DNA from: Candidatus Marinacidobacterium sp.
GTDB taxonomy: Bacteria > Acidobacteriota > Vicinamibacteria > Marinacidobacterales > Marinacidobacteraceae
DNA length: 64,000 nucleotides
Assembly (NCBI GenBank): GCA_965204755.1
Contig: OZ242011.1
Span: forward strand, 2,432,001 to 2,496,000
Direction of reading: 5' to 3'
In this document: positions 28,480-37,703 of the stretch, one piece after another
Position numbering within the stretch: position 1 is the first letter of the stretch
Layout: each line of letters starts with the position of its first letter
Notes under the pieces: generated by a model
Databases searched by the model: none
Told to the model about the DNA's origin: nothing
The model's input: the letters and a program-made list of their open reading frames with translations, nothing else
Translations under genes and position numbers: made by a program

Positions 28480-30219
28480 TTACTCCCGGCGGATCACTTC
28501 TCCGGCGAGCGCTCCGGTGAGACGCCCGTTTGCGACCGCCGGTTCCCCGTTCACGAGCACCCAGGGGATTCCCTCCGGGGCGCCGTCCGGATCGAGGATC
28601 GTGGCGTGGTCCACCACGCCCTCGTAGTCGAAGATCACGATGTCCGCTTTACACCCGACGCGCAGACACCCGCGGTCGGTCATACCGATGATCGCCGCCG
28701 GAAGGCTGGTCGAAGACCGCACCATGAAGGGCAGCGAAACCACCCCCCGCTCCCGGACATAGTGCGCGATCCGCCGCGGATAGGAGCCCCAGAACCGCGG
28801 ATGGCGTCCGGGCGTCGCTTCCAGCGCGATTCCCGCGTCGGTGGAAGCGGCGGTGAAGTCCTGTTCCATGTAGGTCTCCACATCGAACCGGTGGCCGGCC
28901 ACCGGACGGAACGCCACGCCGTGGAGCAACTCCTCGTTACCGGCCCGCGCGAACTCGATCAGCGCTTCGGCGGCCGTCGAGCCGCGGCCGGCGGCGACTT
29001 CGGCGAGCGTGGCGCCCACCAACGCCGGGTCCTCCGGGAACAGGACGACGATGAGCCGGTCCGCGCCGCCGAAGAGATCGAGTTGCTGTTCGATGTCTTT
29101 CGTCAAGTCGGCGCGGATGGCGTCGTCCGCCAGGTTCGCTTCCAGGTTCTCGAGGGAGAGCAGGCCCGGCCGGCGCCAGTCGGGGTCGTCGAGGCCGCCG
29201 GAGCGGTCGCTGCCCGGGGGCGCGAACGCCCAGATCGGGATGACGCCCACCGGCCCGCCGCCGAAGGTCTCGTAGGGGTATTGGTCGAGGAACACCTGGA
29301 CGCCCTGCCGCCGCGCCTCCACGATGGCGCGCACATCCTTCGCCGAGTGCCCCCAACTCGACGGGCCCTTCGCCTTGATGTGCGTGCCCACGACGCGAAT
29401 GCCGGTTTCGCGGCCGATGCGGATCGTCTCCGCCATCCCGTCCGTGCCGGTCAGCGTCGCGCCGTCCACGATGCTCGGCACCTGCCAGCGCGGCATCGGC
29501 GACTGGCTGCGTTGGTGCGAGTAGTAGAAGCCGTCGTAGTCCGCGACCACCTGCGCGAGGGCGATGATCTCTTCCGTCTCGGAGAACCGCGCCGGGCGGT
29601 ACTCCGGGCCGGCGCCGAGCCCCCAGGCGCCTTCCTCCATACCCGTTCGCACCAGTTCGGCCATCCGGGCGACCTCTTCCCCGGTAGCCGCCCGCTCGTG
29701 GTCGCCGCCCATCACCTGGAGCCGCACGGTGGAATGCCCGACGACCGGAACGACATTGAGGCCGACGCCCAGCCTCTCGTAGGCGGCGATCTCCTCCGCG
29801 ATCGGCCAGCGCGCGTTCCGTCCGTCCGCGCCCATGACCACCGTGGTGATTCCCTGGGCGACCAGGTTCGGCGCCCGCCGCAACTCGAGATCGTCGCCGA
29901 CCAGGGCCCGGTCGGCGTGCGAGTGGAGGTCCACCCAGCCCGGCGCGACGAACATCCCGTCGGCCTCGATCACCCGATCCGCCGAGACCCCGTCCCGCCC
30001 GGCGAGCCGCCCGGCTGCCGCCACTTCCCCGTCCCGGATCCCCAGGTCCGCCCGAATCGCCGGGTTCCCCGACCCGTCGAACACGAACCCCCCGGAGACG
30101 AGCAGGTCGAACCGCTCCTGCGCCCCGCCCGCCGCCGCGAGCGCCGAGGCCGCCGCGAACAGGAGGCTGTGCCGCACCCGGTTCGACCGGCCGAAGTTCT
30201 TGTGGTCTCGGTTCCTCAT
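28480..30219 (-). CDS. N-acyl-D-amino acid deacylase-like amidohydrolase
   Basis: APGWVDLHSHAD, QGITTVVMG, HIKA, DQYPY, HPRFWGSYPR, ADIVIFD. Confidence 0.88.
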   Translation of the reverse strand: MRNRDHKNFGRSNRVRHSLLFAAASALAAAGGAQERFDLLVSGGFVFDGSGNPAIRADLGIRDGEVAAAGRLAGRDGVSADRVIEADGMFVAPGWVDLHSHADRALVGDDLELRRAPNLVAQGITTVVMGADGRNARWPIAEEIAAYERLGVGLNVVPVVGHSTVRLQVMGGDHERAATGEEVARMAELVRTGMEEGAWGLGAGPEYRPARFSETEEIIALAQVVADYDGFYYSHQRSQSPMPRWQVPSIVDGATLTGTDGMAETIRIGRETGIRVVGTHIKAKGPSSWGHSAKDVRAIVEARRQGVQVFLDQYPYETFGGGPVGVIPIWAFAPPGSDRSGGLDDPDWRRPGLLSLENLEANLADDAIRADLTKDIEQQLDLFGGADRLIVVLFPEDPALVGATLAEVAAGRGSTAAEALIEFARAGNEELLHGVAFRPVAGHRFDVETYMEQDFTAASTDAGIALEATPGRHPRFWGSYPRRIAHYVRERGVVSLPFMVRSSTSLPAAIIGMTDRGCLRVGCKADIVIFDYEGVVDHATILDPDGAPEGIPWVLVNGEPAVANGRLTGALAGEVIRRE

Positions 30220-30570
30220 GATGTCCCTCACGCCGGCGCCGAAGGCCGTTCCGTCCCGATGCGGGCTCGGCTCGCCGAGGGCGGCGCGCACCCGATTCTA
30301 CGGGCACGCCGCTGGTGCGCTCCGGACCGGCCCGGATACCGGGCCTCCGGCACGGCGTTCCCATGGACTCGCCGGCGCCCGAACGCGCTCCTTTCCCGGC
30401 TTGCCTCCCGGTCGCTGCCGCCCGGCAGAACGCGGCGATATCCTTAGCGCCGTGCCGCTGCCGCCGAGCGCCGGCTTCGCCACATCGGTCCGGGCGTTCG
30501 TCGTCGTGGCCGAGGCGCCGGGCTTCCCCGGGACAGACTCCGAAACCGAACGATGACCGGGAAGGGCTCG

Positions 30571-31335
30571 ATGTCCGACCGTCACCGCTATCGCGCGCCT
30601 CCGATCGAAGAGGCCGTCTGCGAGTTCCGCTTCCAACCCGGGCCCGCGTGGAATCCCACGATACCGGGAAAACTCCACACTCGACTCGCCGAGGAGTATT
30701 CCGGCCAGCCCCGCGAACAGACCACGACCGAACTGACAGCGGAAGGCCCGGACGCTTCGTCCGGGGGCTCCACGGTCAGCCGAAGCATTACCCGAGTGCA
30801 ACTCGCGACGGCGGACGGGCGGCGCGTGGTCAGCGTGGGGGAGGATGTCCTCAGCGTCCACACGCTGAAGCCCTACCAACGGGACCGCGACTCCGGCGGA
30901 TGGGAGGAGTTTCGACCGCGAATCGAACGCGCCGTCGCCGCGTACTGGCGGGTGGCCCGACCGAAGGGTGTCGTCCGGATTGCGTTGCGGTACATCAATC
31001 GACTCACGCCGCCCGCAGGCTTGAGCGAGACGACGAAGTTCGTTCGCTGCGCTTTCGAGAGTCTTCCGGACCTTCCCGCAACGCCGCAGCGATATTTCGT
31101 GGAGCGGGAGTACGCCTACGACGACGGCATCCACTTGAATCTGCGGTACGGGACACCGGGCGGCGTGCCGGATCCGAAGGACCTCTATCTCGACATCGAA
31201 GTCCTATGGAAGCCGTCGGAGGCCTTGGCGGAGGGCGCCGCGGTCGCCAAGACGGACTGGCTCCGGGACCGGGAGCGCCGAGTCTTCGAGGCGCTGATCA
31301 CAGATTCCGCGAGGGACTTGTTCGATGCCGTCTGA
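30571..31335 (+). CDS. TIGR04255 family protein
   Basis: YRAPPIEEAVCEFRF, PY..WEEF, RIALRYIN, LDIEV, FEALIT. Confidence 0.8.
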   Translation: MSDRHRYRAPPIEEAVCEFRFQPGPAWNPTIPGKLHTRLAEEYSGQPREQTTTELTAEGPDASSGGSTVSRSITRVQLATADGRRVVSVGEDVLSVHTLKPYQRDRDSGGWEEFRPRIERAVAAYWRVARPKGVVRIALRYINRLTPPAGLSETTKFVRCAFESLPDLPATPQRYFVEREYAYDDGIHLNLRYGTPGGVPDPKDLYLDIEVLWKPSEALAEGAAVAKTDWLRDRERRVFEALITDSARDLFDAV

Positions 31336-32002
31336 GTTCGCGGCCGCGGCGGTGGAGACGGACTCCGCGAGCGCTCCGGAACTTGAGTGGCCGGGCCACG
31401 GCGCGGCGACCCGGGGAGAGGAGCGGACTCGGTTCTGGCCCGCGTTCGTGGAGTCGTGGGCTCGGCAACATCGGTTGAACTCCGGCCGTCTGCCGATCTC
31501 GCACGATTCCGTGCGGCCGATCGTAGATTGGTCGGTCGGCCGGCTGATCACAGTCTCGGTAGAGTCCGCCGACTCCGAGGAGCGGGAAATCTCCTGGAGT
31601 CGCCTCAAGACCCGTCTTCACATTGCTTTCACCGAAGAGCCGCTCGAAGACGGCGTGTCCCATCGCGCGGAGACGATTCTCGTCGAGTCGCTGACGGCGC
31701 CGCCGGGTGATTCCTTGTTCGACGCCGTCCGGACTTACTGCACCGGGGCATCCAGACCGTCCTTTGCCGCAGAAACCCTGCGCTGTCTGGGACGCATAAC
31801 TGCTCCGGGTACGGCGGACTGGAGACTGGCGCTGGTTCGGGACGCCTTGGGGTCCCCGGACATCGAGATCCGGGACGCTGCTCTGCAGGCGGTGGAAGGC
31901 TGGGAGGACGCCGCGTTGGTTCCCGTGTTGAAGTCGCACCGGGAGAGCGAGGAGTGGCTCCGAGACTACCTCCGCGAAGTCCTTCACTACCTGGACAAGT
32001 GA
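31325..32002 (+). CDS. Hypothetical protein with a HEAT-like C-terminus
   Basis: EDG..H, DIEIRDAALQAVEGW..E..EWLRDY; overlaps the upstream stop by 11 bp. Confidence 0.65.
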   Translation: MPSEFAAAAVETDSASAPELEWPGHGAATRGEERTRFWPAFVESWARQHRLNSGRLPISHDSVRPIVDWSVGRLITVSVESADSEEREISWSRLKTRLHIAFTEEPLEDGVSHRAETILVESLTAPPGDSLFDAVRTYCTGASRPSFAAETLRCLGRITAPGTADWRLALVRDALGSPDIEIRDAALQAVEGWEDAALVPVLKSHRESEEWLRDYLREVLHYLDK

Positions 32003-32005
32003 TTC

Positions 32006-32530
32006 GTGTTCCTTGTACGCCGGATCCGCTTGGCGAAGTGGCCGAAGACCTACACCGAAGCGGCAGCCGGCCGCATTTCTGCGGATGCGATCACTGCCGA
32101 CCTCCGCACCTCAGGGAATTGCCTGTCCTTCTGGACCTGCGATCGGGATGACCAGATCGAGAGCGTGGCGCTCGCGATCGCCGCGGCGGCAGACCGACTC
32201 GACCGGATCGATGTCGTGTGGATCGAGGATGAGGAGCGCCGATTCTCCCGTTATCGACGGCTCTCGACACCGGGCGAGACACCGGTCGCGGAATGGAGAA
32301 CGCGCCATCTGGACATCGCCGGCCTCGATCATGAGGGCTTGGGGGTCGTGGCGTTGGCGGTCGCCCGCTCCATTGCGGCGAAGCGCTGTCGCCGTTTGCC
32401 GGCGCTCCGCGTGAAGGAACGGCTCGCAGATGCCGTTTCTGACGGCGCGTTGAGTTTGGATGCGCTCGATCCCCGGATTCGGGACAAAGTTCAGGCGACC
32501 GTGGAGAGGCGGGAGGAGCCGCTGTCGTAG
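32006..32530 (+). CDS. Hypothetical protein (174 aa)
   Basis: ADAITADLRTSGNCLSFW, GETPV, HLDI; 3 bp after the previous stop. Confidence 0.7.
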   Translation: MFLVRRIRLAKWPKTYTEAAAGRISADAITADLRTSGNCLSFWTCDRDDQIESVALAIAAAADRLDRIDVVWIEDEERRFSRYRRLSTPGETPVAEWRTRHLDIAGLDHEGLGVVALAVARSIAAKRCRRLPALRVKERLADAVSDGALSLDALDPRIRDKVQATVERREEPLS

Positions 32531-32554
32531 TCGCGGTCTAATCTCCGGTTTCCC

Positions 32555-35500
32555 ATGCGGCCCCTCGCCCTCCTGCTCCTCCCGGCCGCGGCGGCCCTCG
32601 CCCTCGCCCCGGCGGCCCGCGGACAGACACCGCCCCCCGACCCTGACGACCTCCACGCCCTCGAGTGGCGTTTCATCGGCCCCGACGGGAACCGGCTCAG
32701 CGCCGCGGTCGGCGTCCCCGGAAACCCGGACATCACCTTCTTCGGCGCGGCTTCCGGCGGCGTCTGGCGCACCGACGACGGCGGCGTCACCTGGGCGCCG
32801 GTCTTCGACGACCGGGACGCGGCCTCCATCAGCGCCCTCGCGGTCGCGCCGTCCGACCCGGCGCAGGTCTGGGCCGGAACCGGCGAGACCTTCATCATCC
32901 GCCCGGCGCTCGCCATGGGGAACGGGATCTACCGCTCCACCGACGGCGGCCGCTCCTTCCACCACCGGGGCCTCGAAGCCACCGGCCGGATCGCCCGCAT
33001 CCTGGTCCACCCCCGGGACCCCGACCGGGTGTACGCCTGCGCCCTCGGCCACTCCTACTCACCGCAGCCGGAGCGCGGGGTGTACCGGACCACGGACGGC
33101 GGCGCGAACTGGGAACTGGTCCTCCACGCCGACGAACACACCGGCTGCTCCGACCTGGCGCTCGACCTGCGGAACCCGGACCGGATGCTCGCCGGGATGT
33201 GGCAACTCCGGATCGACACCGACGGCCTCCGGAGCGGCGGCCCGGGCAGCGGGATCTACCGCTCCGCCGACGGCGGAGACACCTGGGAACTCCTCTCCGG
33301 CGCCGGAAAGTCCCTCCCCGGCGGGGAAGACCACCCGATCGGGAAGGTCGCGGTGGCCATCGCCCCGAGCGAGCCCGACCGTTGGTACGCCCTGGTCGAG
33401 GACGAGAGCCCCGGCTTCTACCGCTCCGACGACGCCGGCGAGTCCTGGCGGCTCGTCCGCACCGACCACGACCTGGCGGAGCGCGCTCCCTACTATGTCC
33501 GCTTCGCGGTGGACTCCGGGGACGCCGACCGCCTCTACTTCGCCTCGGTGCTCTTCTCCACCTCGGTGGACGGCGGCGCCACGCTGGTGGAGACCTCCTA
33601 CCGGGCCGGCGGCGACAACCACGATGTCTGGGTGGATCCGCTCCTCCCCGGCCGCGTCCTGGTGGCCCACGACGGCGGCGGCAGCATCTCCCTCGACCGG
33701 GGCGCCTCCTGGCGCCGCGTCGTTCCGCCGGTCGCGCAGATGTACCAACTCACCGTGGACGACCGGATCCCCTACCGGGTGTACGGCAACCGCCAGGACG
33801 GCTACTCCTACCGGGGGCCCAGCCGCACGACGGGCGGCGGCATCCCGCTGGCCGCCTGGCAGGGGGTCGGCGGCTGCGAGAGCGGGTGGGCGACGCCGGA
33901 ACCCGGGAACGACCGGTTCGTGTGGTCCGGCTGCTACGACGGCGGCCTCGAGGTGTACGACGACGACACCGGCCACACCCGCGATGTCCGGGTCTGGCCG
34001 GAGGCCGGCTACGGCTGGGCGCCCGCGGACCTCGAAGTCCGCTGGCACTGGAACTTCCCGATGGTCCTGTCGAAGCACGAACCGGGAACCGTCTGGGTGG
34101 GCAGCCAGCAGGTCCACGAGAGCCGCGACCGGGGCCAGTCCTGGCGGCGGATCAGCCCCGACCTCACCACGAACGACAAGTCCCGGCAGCAGGACTCCGG
34201 CGGGGTCACCGTGGACAATCTCTACACCTTCGACGGGGCGGTGCTCTTCGCGCTCGCCGAGTCGCCGCTCGCGCCGGGCCAACTCTGGGCCGGAAGCGTG
34301 GACGGCAAACTCCACCTCACCACCGACGGCGGGGAGACCTGGCTCGACCGGAGCGCCGCGGTCCCGCTGGACGAGGGCGGCCTCGATGTGGAGAGTTGGA
34401 TCAAGTCCATCGAACCGAGCCATCACGATCCGGAGACCGCCTACCTGGCGGTCAGCCGTCACCAGCACGGCGACTTCCGCCCCCACCTGTTCCGCACCCG
34501 CGACCTCGGGGAGACTTGGGAACCCGTCGGCGCCGGCATCCCCGAGTCGCCCTTTTCGTTCGTCCATGTGATTCGCGAAGACCCGAAGCGCGCCGGGATG
34601 CTCTTCGCCGGAACCGAGAACCAGGTCTGGGCCAGCCTCGACGACGGCGGCTCGTGGTTCTCCCTGCGCCGGAACATGCCGCCCGCGCCGATCTACGGCC
34701 TGGCGGTCCAGGCGAGGTTCGACGACCTCGTGGCGGCGACCTACGGGCGCGGCTTCTACATCCTGGACGGCATCGGCCCGCTGCGGGAGATGGCGGCGCC
34801 GACCGACGACCCGTTGCGGGTGTTCGAGCCGCCGCCGGCTTGGCGCTTCCTGCCCCGGCAGGGCCCGAAGACCGAGCCGGGGAGCCTGGTGACCGGGCAG
34901 AATCCGCCCTACGGCGCGGCGATCTCCTACCGCATCGCGGCGGAAGCGGCGTCGGACGACCCGGCGAAGATCGAAATCCTGGACGAGGAGGGGGAGGTCT
35001 TGCGGACGCTCACCGGCCCCGGGGGCGCCGGGCTCCACCGCGTCCACTGGGATCTCCGCCGCGAGGCGCCGAAGCGCGCCACGCTGCGCACCCGCCCTCC
35101 CGACCGGGACTGGGTGCGGCTCGGGGAGGACGGCGAGAGGTCCATCCGCACCTGGGACCTGGACATCTTTCCCGGCTACCGGGGCGCGCTCGTTCCCCCG
35201 GGCGCCTACCGGGCGCGGGTGGCCGCCGCCGGCGAAACGGCCGAAGCCCCGGTCGAGGCGCGGAAGGATCCGGCGTCCGCCGGTACGCCCGAGGACATCC
35301 GGGAGCAGTACCGGTTCCTGCTCGCCATCCACCGGCAACTGGACCGGCTGGCGGAGATCGTGGACGAACTGGAATGGCTCCGGTTCGAGATCGAAGCGCT
35401 CGAGAAGCGTTACGCCGGGGATTCCCGATTCGAGGCGGTGCTGGAGAGCGCCGGCGAGATCGCCGGGACCGCCCTCGCCATCGAGGGGCGGTTCTTCGAT

Positions 35501-35815
35501 GTGGGGTTGACCGGCGCGCGGGAGGACGCCTTCCGGGCGCCGATGCGCCTCTACGGCCGCCTCGGCGCTTTGGCGAACGACGCCGGTTGGGACGGCGCCG
35601 ACTTCCGCCCGACCGACGCGCAGCGCGAGGTGCACCGGATCCTCACCGAGCGCTTCGAGGCGGCGGAGTCGGAGTACCGCCGTCTCACCGAAGAACTTCT
35701 TCCTCCGTTCTGGCGTTCCCTGGCCGAGGCGCGCGCCGCCGCGGCTCGTCCCGAGGAACGCCCGTCCGCTCCTCCGGGGTCGGCCGGCCCGTCCGCGCCG
35801 CCGGAGCCGCGATAA
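32555..35815 (+). CDS. VPS10/BNR-repeat (sialidase/glycosyl hydrolase-like) secreted protein
   Basis: LEWRFIGP, many [ST]xDGGxTW Asp-boxes, GDNHDVWVDP, QDGYS, GGCESG. Confidence 0.88.
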   Translation: MRPLALLLLPAAAALALAPAARGQTPPPDPDDLHALEWRFIGPDGNRLSAAVGVPGNPDITFFGAASGGVWRTDDGGVTWAPVFDDRDAASISALAVAPSDPAQVWAGTGETFIIRPALAMGNGIYRSTDGGRSFHHRGLEATGRIARILVHPRDPDRVYACALGHSYSPQPERGVYRTTDGGANWELVLHADEHTGCSDLALDLRNPDRMLAGMWQLRIDTDGLRSGGPGSGIYRSADGGDTWELLSGAGKSLPGGEDHPIGKVAVAIAPSEPDRWYALVEDESPGFYRSDDAGESWRLVRTDHDLAERAPYYVRFAVDSGDADRLYFASVLFSTSVDGGATLVETSYRAGGDNHDVWVDPLLPGRVLVAHDGGGSISLDRGASWRRVVPPVAQMYQLTVDDRIPYRVYGNRQDGYSYRGPSRTTGGGIPLAAWQGVGGCESGWATPEPGNDRFVWSGCYDGGLEVYDDDTGHTRDVRVWPEAGYGWAPADLEVRWHWNFPMVLSKHEPGTVWVGSQQVHESRDRGQSWRRISPDLTTNDKSRQQDSGGVTVDNLYTFDGAVLFALAESPLAPGQLWAGSVDGKLHLTTDGGETWLDRSAAVPLDEGGLDVESWIKSIEPSHHDPETAYLAVSRHQHGDFRPHLFRTRDLGETWEPVGAGIPESPFSFVHVIREDPKRAGMLFAGTENQVWASLDDGGSWFSLRRNMPPAPIYGLAVQARFDDLVAATYGRGFYILDGIGPLREMAAPTDDPLRVFEPPPAWRFLPRQGPKTEPGSLVTGQNPPYGAAISYRIAAEAASDDPAKIEILDEEGEVLRTLTGPGGAGLHRVHWDLRREAPKRATLRTRPPDRDWVRLGEDGERSIRTWDLDIFPGYRGALVPPGAYRARVAAAGETAEAPVEARKDPASAGTPEDIREQYRFLLAIHRQLDRLAEIVDELEWLRFEIEALEKRYAGDSRFEAVLESAGEIAGTALAIEGRFFDVGLTGAREDAFRAPMRLYGRLGALANDAGWDGADFRPTDAQREVHRILTERFEAAESEYRRLTEELLPPFWRSLAEARAAAARPEERPSAPPGSAGPSAPPEPR

Positions 35816-35922
35816 CGGCCTGACCGGATGCCCTCCCCGCCTCTCCGCGCCGCCGCCCGTCCCCGTCCCGCCCGGCGGTTCGTCCGCCCCGCCGCGACCC
35901 ATCCGCGGCCGCCCGCGTCGAG

Positions 35923-37554
35923 TTGACCTCGCCTCCGCCCCCCCGCTTCGGGTTCCGCAACCTGGCGGCCTTCGCCGGGCTCGCGGCGTGGGCCTACTAC
36001 GCGGCGGTCTCCGAGGTGGACCTCGGCCTGCCCGGCGCCTCCGCCCGCGCCCTGATCGAGGGGCTCTCGTGGCAGGCGCTGTGGTTCGTCCCGGTGGGGG
36101 CGCTCTCCGCCCTGGCGCTTCCCCGGCCCCGCTCGCTCTTCTACCACTTGGTCTTCGGCTTCCTGCCGTCGGCGGCCCTCGGCGCGGTGGTCGTGGCGCT
36201 CATCGCCCAGGCCCCGGCGGAGGCCCCCTGGAGCGTCCTGGAGAACCCGACCGCGCCGCCCCTGCTGCCCCTGCTCGCGCCGCTGGCGGGGATGGTCATC
36301 GGGGCGCTCATCGGCCTGGTGCTGGCGCGCGGCGTCGGTTCCGCGCTGATGCTGATCCCGGTGCTGCTGGGGGTCGGGGTCGTCCTGGTGGCGATCGCCG
36401 CGGTGGCGCTCCTGCTGCTCACCGACCGGGTGGCGGTCGCGGAACCGTCCCGCCCGCCTGCGGACGGCGCCCTCTCCGCCCGGCTCCATCCGGGCGCCGG
36501 CGCCGCCGGGATCTCCTCGCTCTTCCAGAGCGCCCTGTTGCTGGAAGACGAGGAGTTGGAACTCGCGGTCTCGCTTCCCTGGGAAGCGCCGCTCCTCGGG
36601 GAGCGGTTCTTCAACTTCACCGCGACCGCGTCTCCCTGGATCGGCGCCACCCAGTTCCACGCCGGACTCCGCACGCTGTCGGTCGGCGGAGTCGGGCTGC
36701 CGCAGAGCGGGGTCCAACTGGCCTCCGACCTCCTGTCCCGTTGGTTGACCGGCGACCCGCTGGCGATGGGCGGCTCCGGCCTGGCGCCGGTGGAGTCGGT
36801 CTGGATGGACGGCTCGCGGGTGCTGGTCCGGCTGGCCGGGGAGGAGGCCGCGGAGGCGCTCGGCGCGCTCGCGCCGTCGGTCTCGTTCTATCTCGACTCG
36901 CTCTCCGGCGAAGCGGACGCCATCCGCGCCCGGCGAAGCCGGCTGGCCGCGGCCGTCGGACGGGCGTTCGCGTTGGCCCGGGGGCGTTCCGCGGAGGAGG
37001 GGGCGTTGGAGCAGAACCGCGCCGTCCTGCTCGCCCTCGGCGCCGCCGGGGGACATCCTTCGCTGCTGAGTCTCGCCGGAATGCCGGCGGCGGTGGAGCC
37101 CGCCCGCCGCCTCGGCGAGTCGCTCGGCCTCACCCTCCACGGGCGGAACGACTGGGCCCGCCATTTCCTGCTGAGCGCCGGACTGACCCAGGTCGGCGAA
37201 GGCGGCCTCACCGCCGGCGCCGGGCTGCTCAAGGAGCGCCTCGACGCCGCCCCCGGCGGGAGCGGCTTTTCGTTCACCGACCTCCTGATGGACGCCGCCG
37301 GCGCCCGCTTCGGCGCCGCCGCCACCGAGGACGAGCCCTCCGCCCGCGCGCTCCAGGCCCGCCTCGCGGAAGGCGTCACCGACGCCGACCTCGCCCCGTC
37401 GCCCATCGGAATCGCCGACCTCGCCCCGCCCGCCGGCGCGGAGGCCGGCGGCCCCCCGGCGGCCGAGTTGCTCGCCATGGAACGCGAGATCGCCCGCCGC
37501 GTGGACGCCCTCCACCTCTACCGCCCCGCCGAACCCCCCGAAGGCGACCGCTGA
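35923..37554 (+). CDS. Hypothetical membrane-anchored protein
   Basis: N-terminal TM helices; C-terminal HFLLSA..KE..D..GSGFSFTDL; start uncertain. Confidence 0.65.
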   Translation: MTSPPPPRFGFRNLAAFAGLAAWAYYAAVSEVDLGLPGASARALIEGLSWQALWFVPVGALSALALPRPRSLFYHLVFGFLPSAALGAVVVALIAQAPAEAPWSVLENPTAPPLLPLLAPLAGMVIGALIGLVLARGVGSALMLIPVLLGVGVVLVAIAAVALLLLTDRVAVAEPSRPPADGALSARLHPGAGAAGISSLFQSALLLEDEELELAVSLPWEAPLLGERFFNFTATASPWIGATQFHAGLRTLSVGGVGLPQSGVQLASDLLSRWLTGDPLAMGGSGLAPVESVWMDGSRVLVRLAGEEAAEALGALAPSVSFYLDSLSGEADAIRARRSRLAAAVGRAFALARGRSAEEGALEQNRAVLLALGAAGGHPSLLSLAGMPAAVEPARRLGESLGLTLHGRNDWARHFLLSAGLTQVGEGGLTAGAGLLKERLDAAPGGSGFSFTDLLMDAAGARFGAAATEDEPSARALQARLAEGVTDADLAPSPIGIADLAPPAGAEAGGPPAAELLAMEREIARRVDALHLYRPAEPPEGDR

Positions 37555-37703
37555 GGATCCGGGACGAACGACCCGGACGGACGCAGAGGGCGGTCGTGTT
37601 CGTCGCCGCGAGAGTCCCGGTCAGGGACGATCTCCCCTTCGAGTTCGGCGTCACCTTCCATCAGTTGCCGCGGGAATCCGCCGCTCACGGGTACATCCGG
37701 TGA
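37555..37703 (+). pseudogene. Probable C-terminal remnant of a Type III mod (methyltransferase) gene
   Basis: RAVVFVAAR..GVTFHQLPRE..stop, overlapping the res start (TGATG); resembles Mod C-termini from memory. Confidence 0.45.
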
